A stretch of 64,000 bases of DNA from Felis catus. Taxonomy: Eukaryota. The stretch covers positions 117,738,001 to 117,802,000 of the forward strand of contig NC_058369.1 in NCBI RefSeq assembly GCF_018350175.1, written 5' to 3'. The notes below the pieces were generated by a model. It was not told the origin of the DNA. It was given only the letters and a program-made list of their open reading frames with translations, and made no database searches. Made by a program: the position numbers and the translations under genes. Below, piece after piece: positions 63,831-64,000 of the stretch (position 1 is the first letter of the stretch; each line of letters starts with the position of its first letter).

Positions 63831-64000
63831 GTGGACCAAACAACTTGCAGTTGACTGCTAGATTGGAGGAAATGTCACCTGAAGGCTGGCCCTCCCTAAA
63901 TGAAAGCCATCGCGGTGGAAGCTAAAGAGCTACCTGCCCAGGAAGGTCAGGAAGGCCAGGAAGGTCTTCGTCATAAAGGCCCACATTCCCAGCAACAACA

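Noticed and set aside
1-64000. A prokaryote-style novel system (operon, defence island, CRISPR array)
   Set aside because: The sequence is felid nuclear DNA. The recurring ~200-bp units are dispersed SINEs with TSDs and poly-A tails, not regularly spaced repeat-spacer arrays, and there are no dense gene-length ORFs.

Overview
This is mammalian nuclear DNA from a felid (cat family), not prokaryotic DNA. It carries about 29 carnivore tRNA-derived SINEs (mostly feline SINEC_Fc type), two young 5'-truncated L1 copies, several ancient L1/L2/MIR/MLT/MER remnants and one solo ERV-type LTR. I recognise no protein-coding exon, RNA gene or CRISPR array, and most ORFs in the track are repeat-derived or chance. 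Bases 1 to ~54.6 kb look like a long intron or intergenic region. The last ~9 kb is a nearly transposon-free, CpG-retaining regulatory domain. It contains a consensus CTCF site (56.44 kb) and a CpG island (56.85-57.7 kb) holding a well-formed ATG-less minus-strand exon. It also has a dense Oct/NF-Y/bZIP-palindrome/PBX module (59.8-59.9 kb) and a TATA-less NRF1/PBX-PREP/SP/CCAAT promoter (61.7-61.85 kb). The simplest reading is the 5' end of a minus-strand gene or lncRNA whose long intron fills the window; I cannot name the gene from sequence alone. I found no evidence for a new multi-gene system. The most interesting signals are this regulatory architecture, an apparently internally primed L1 insertion, the solo LTR, and N-runs whose lengths exactly equal the missing sequence. 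Repeat subfamily names come from recalled consensus sequences and need RepeatMasker/Dfam confirmation.
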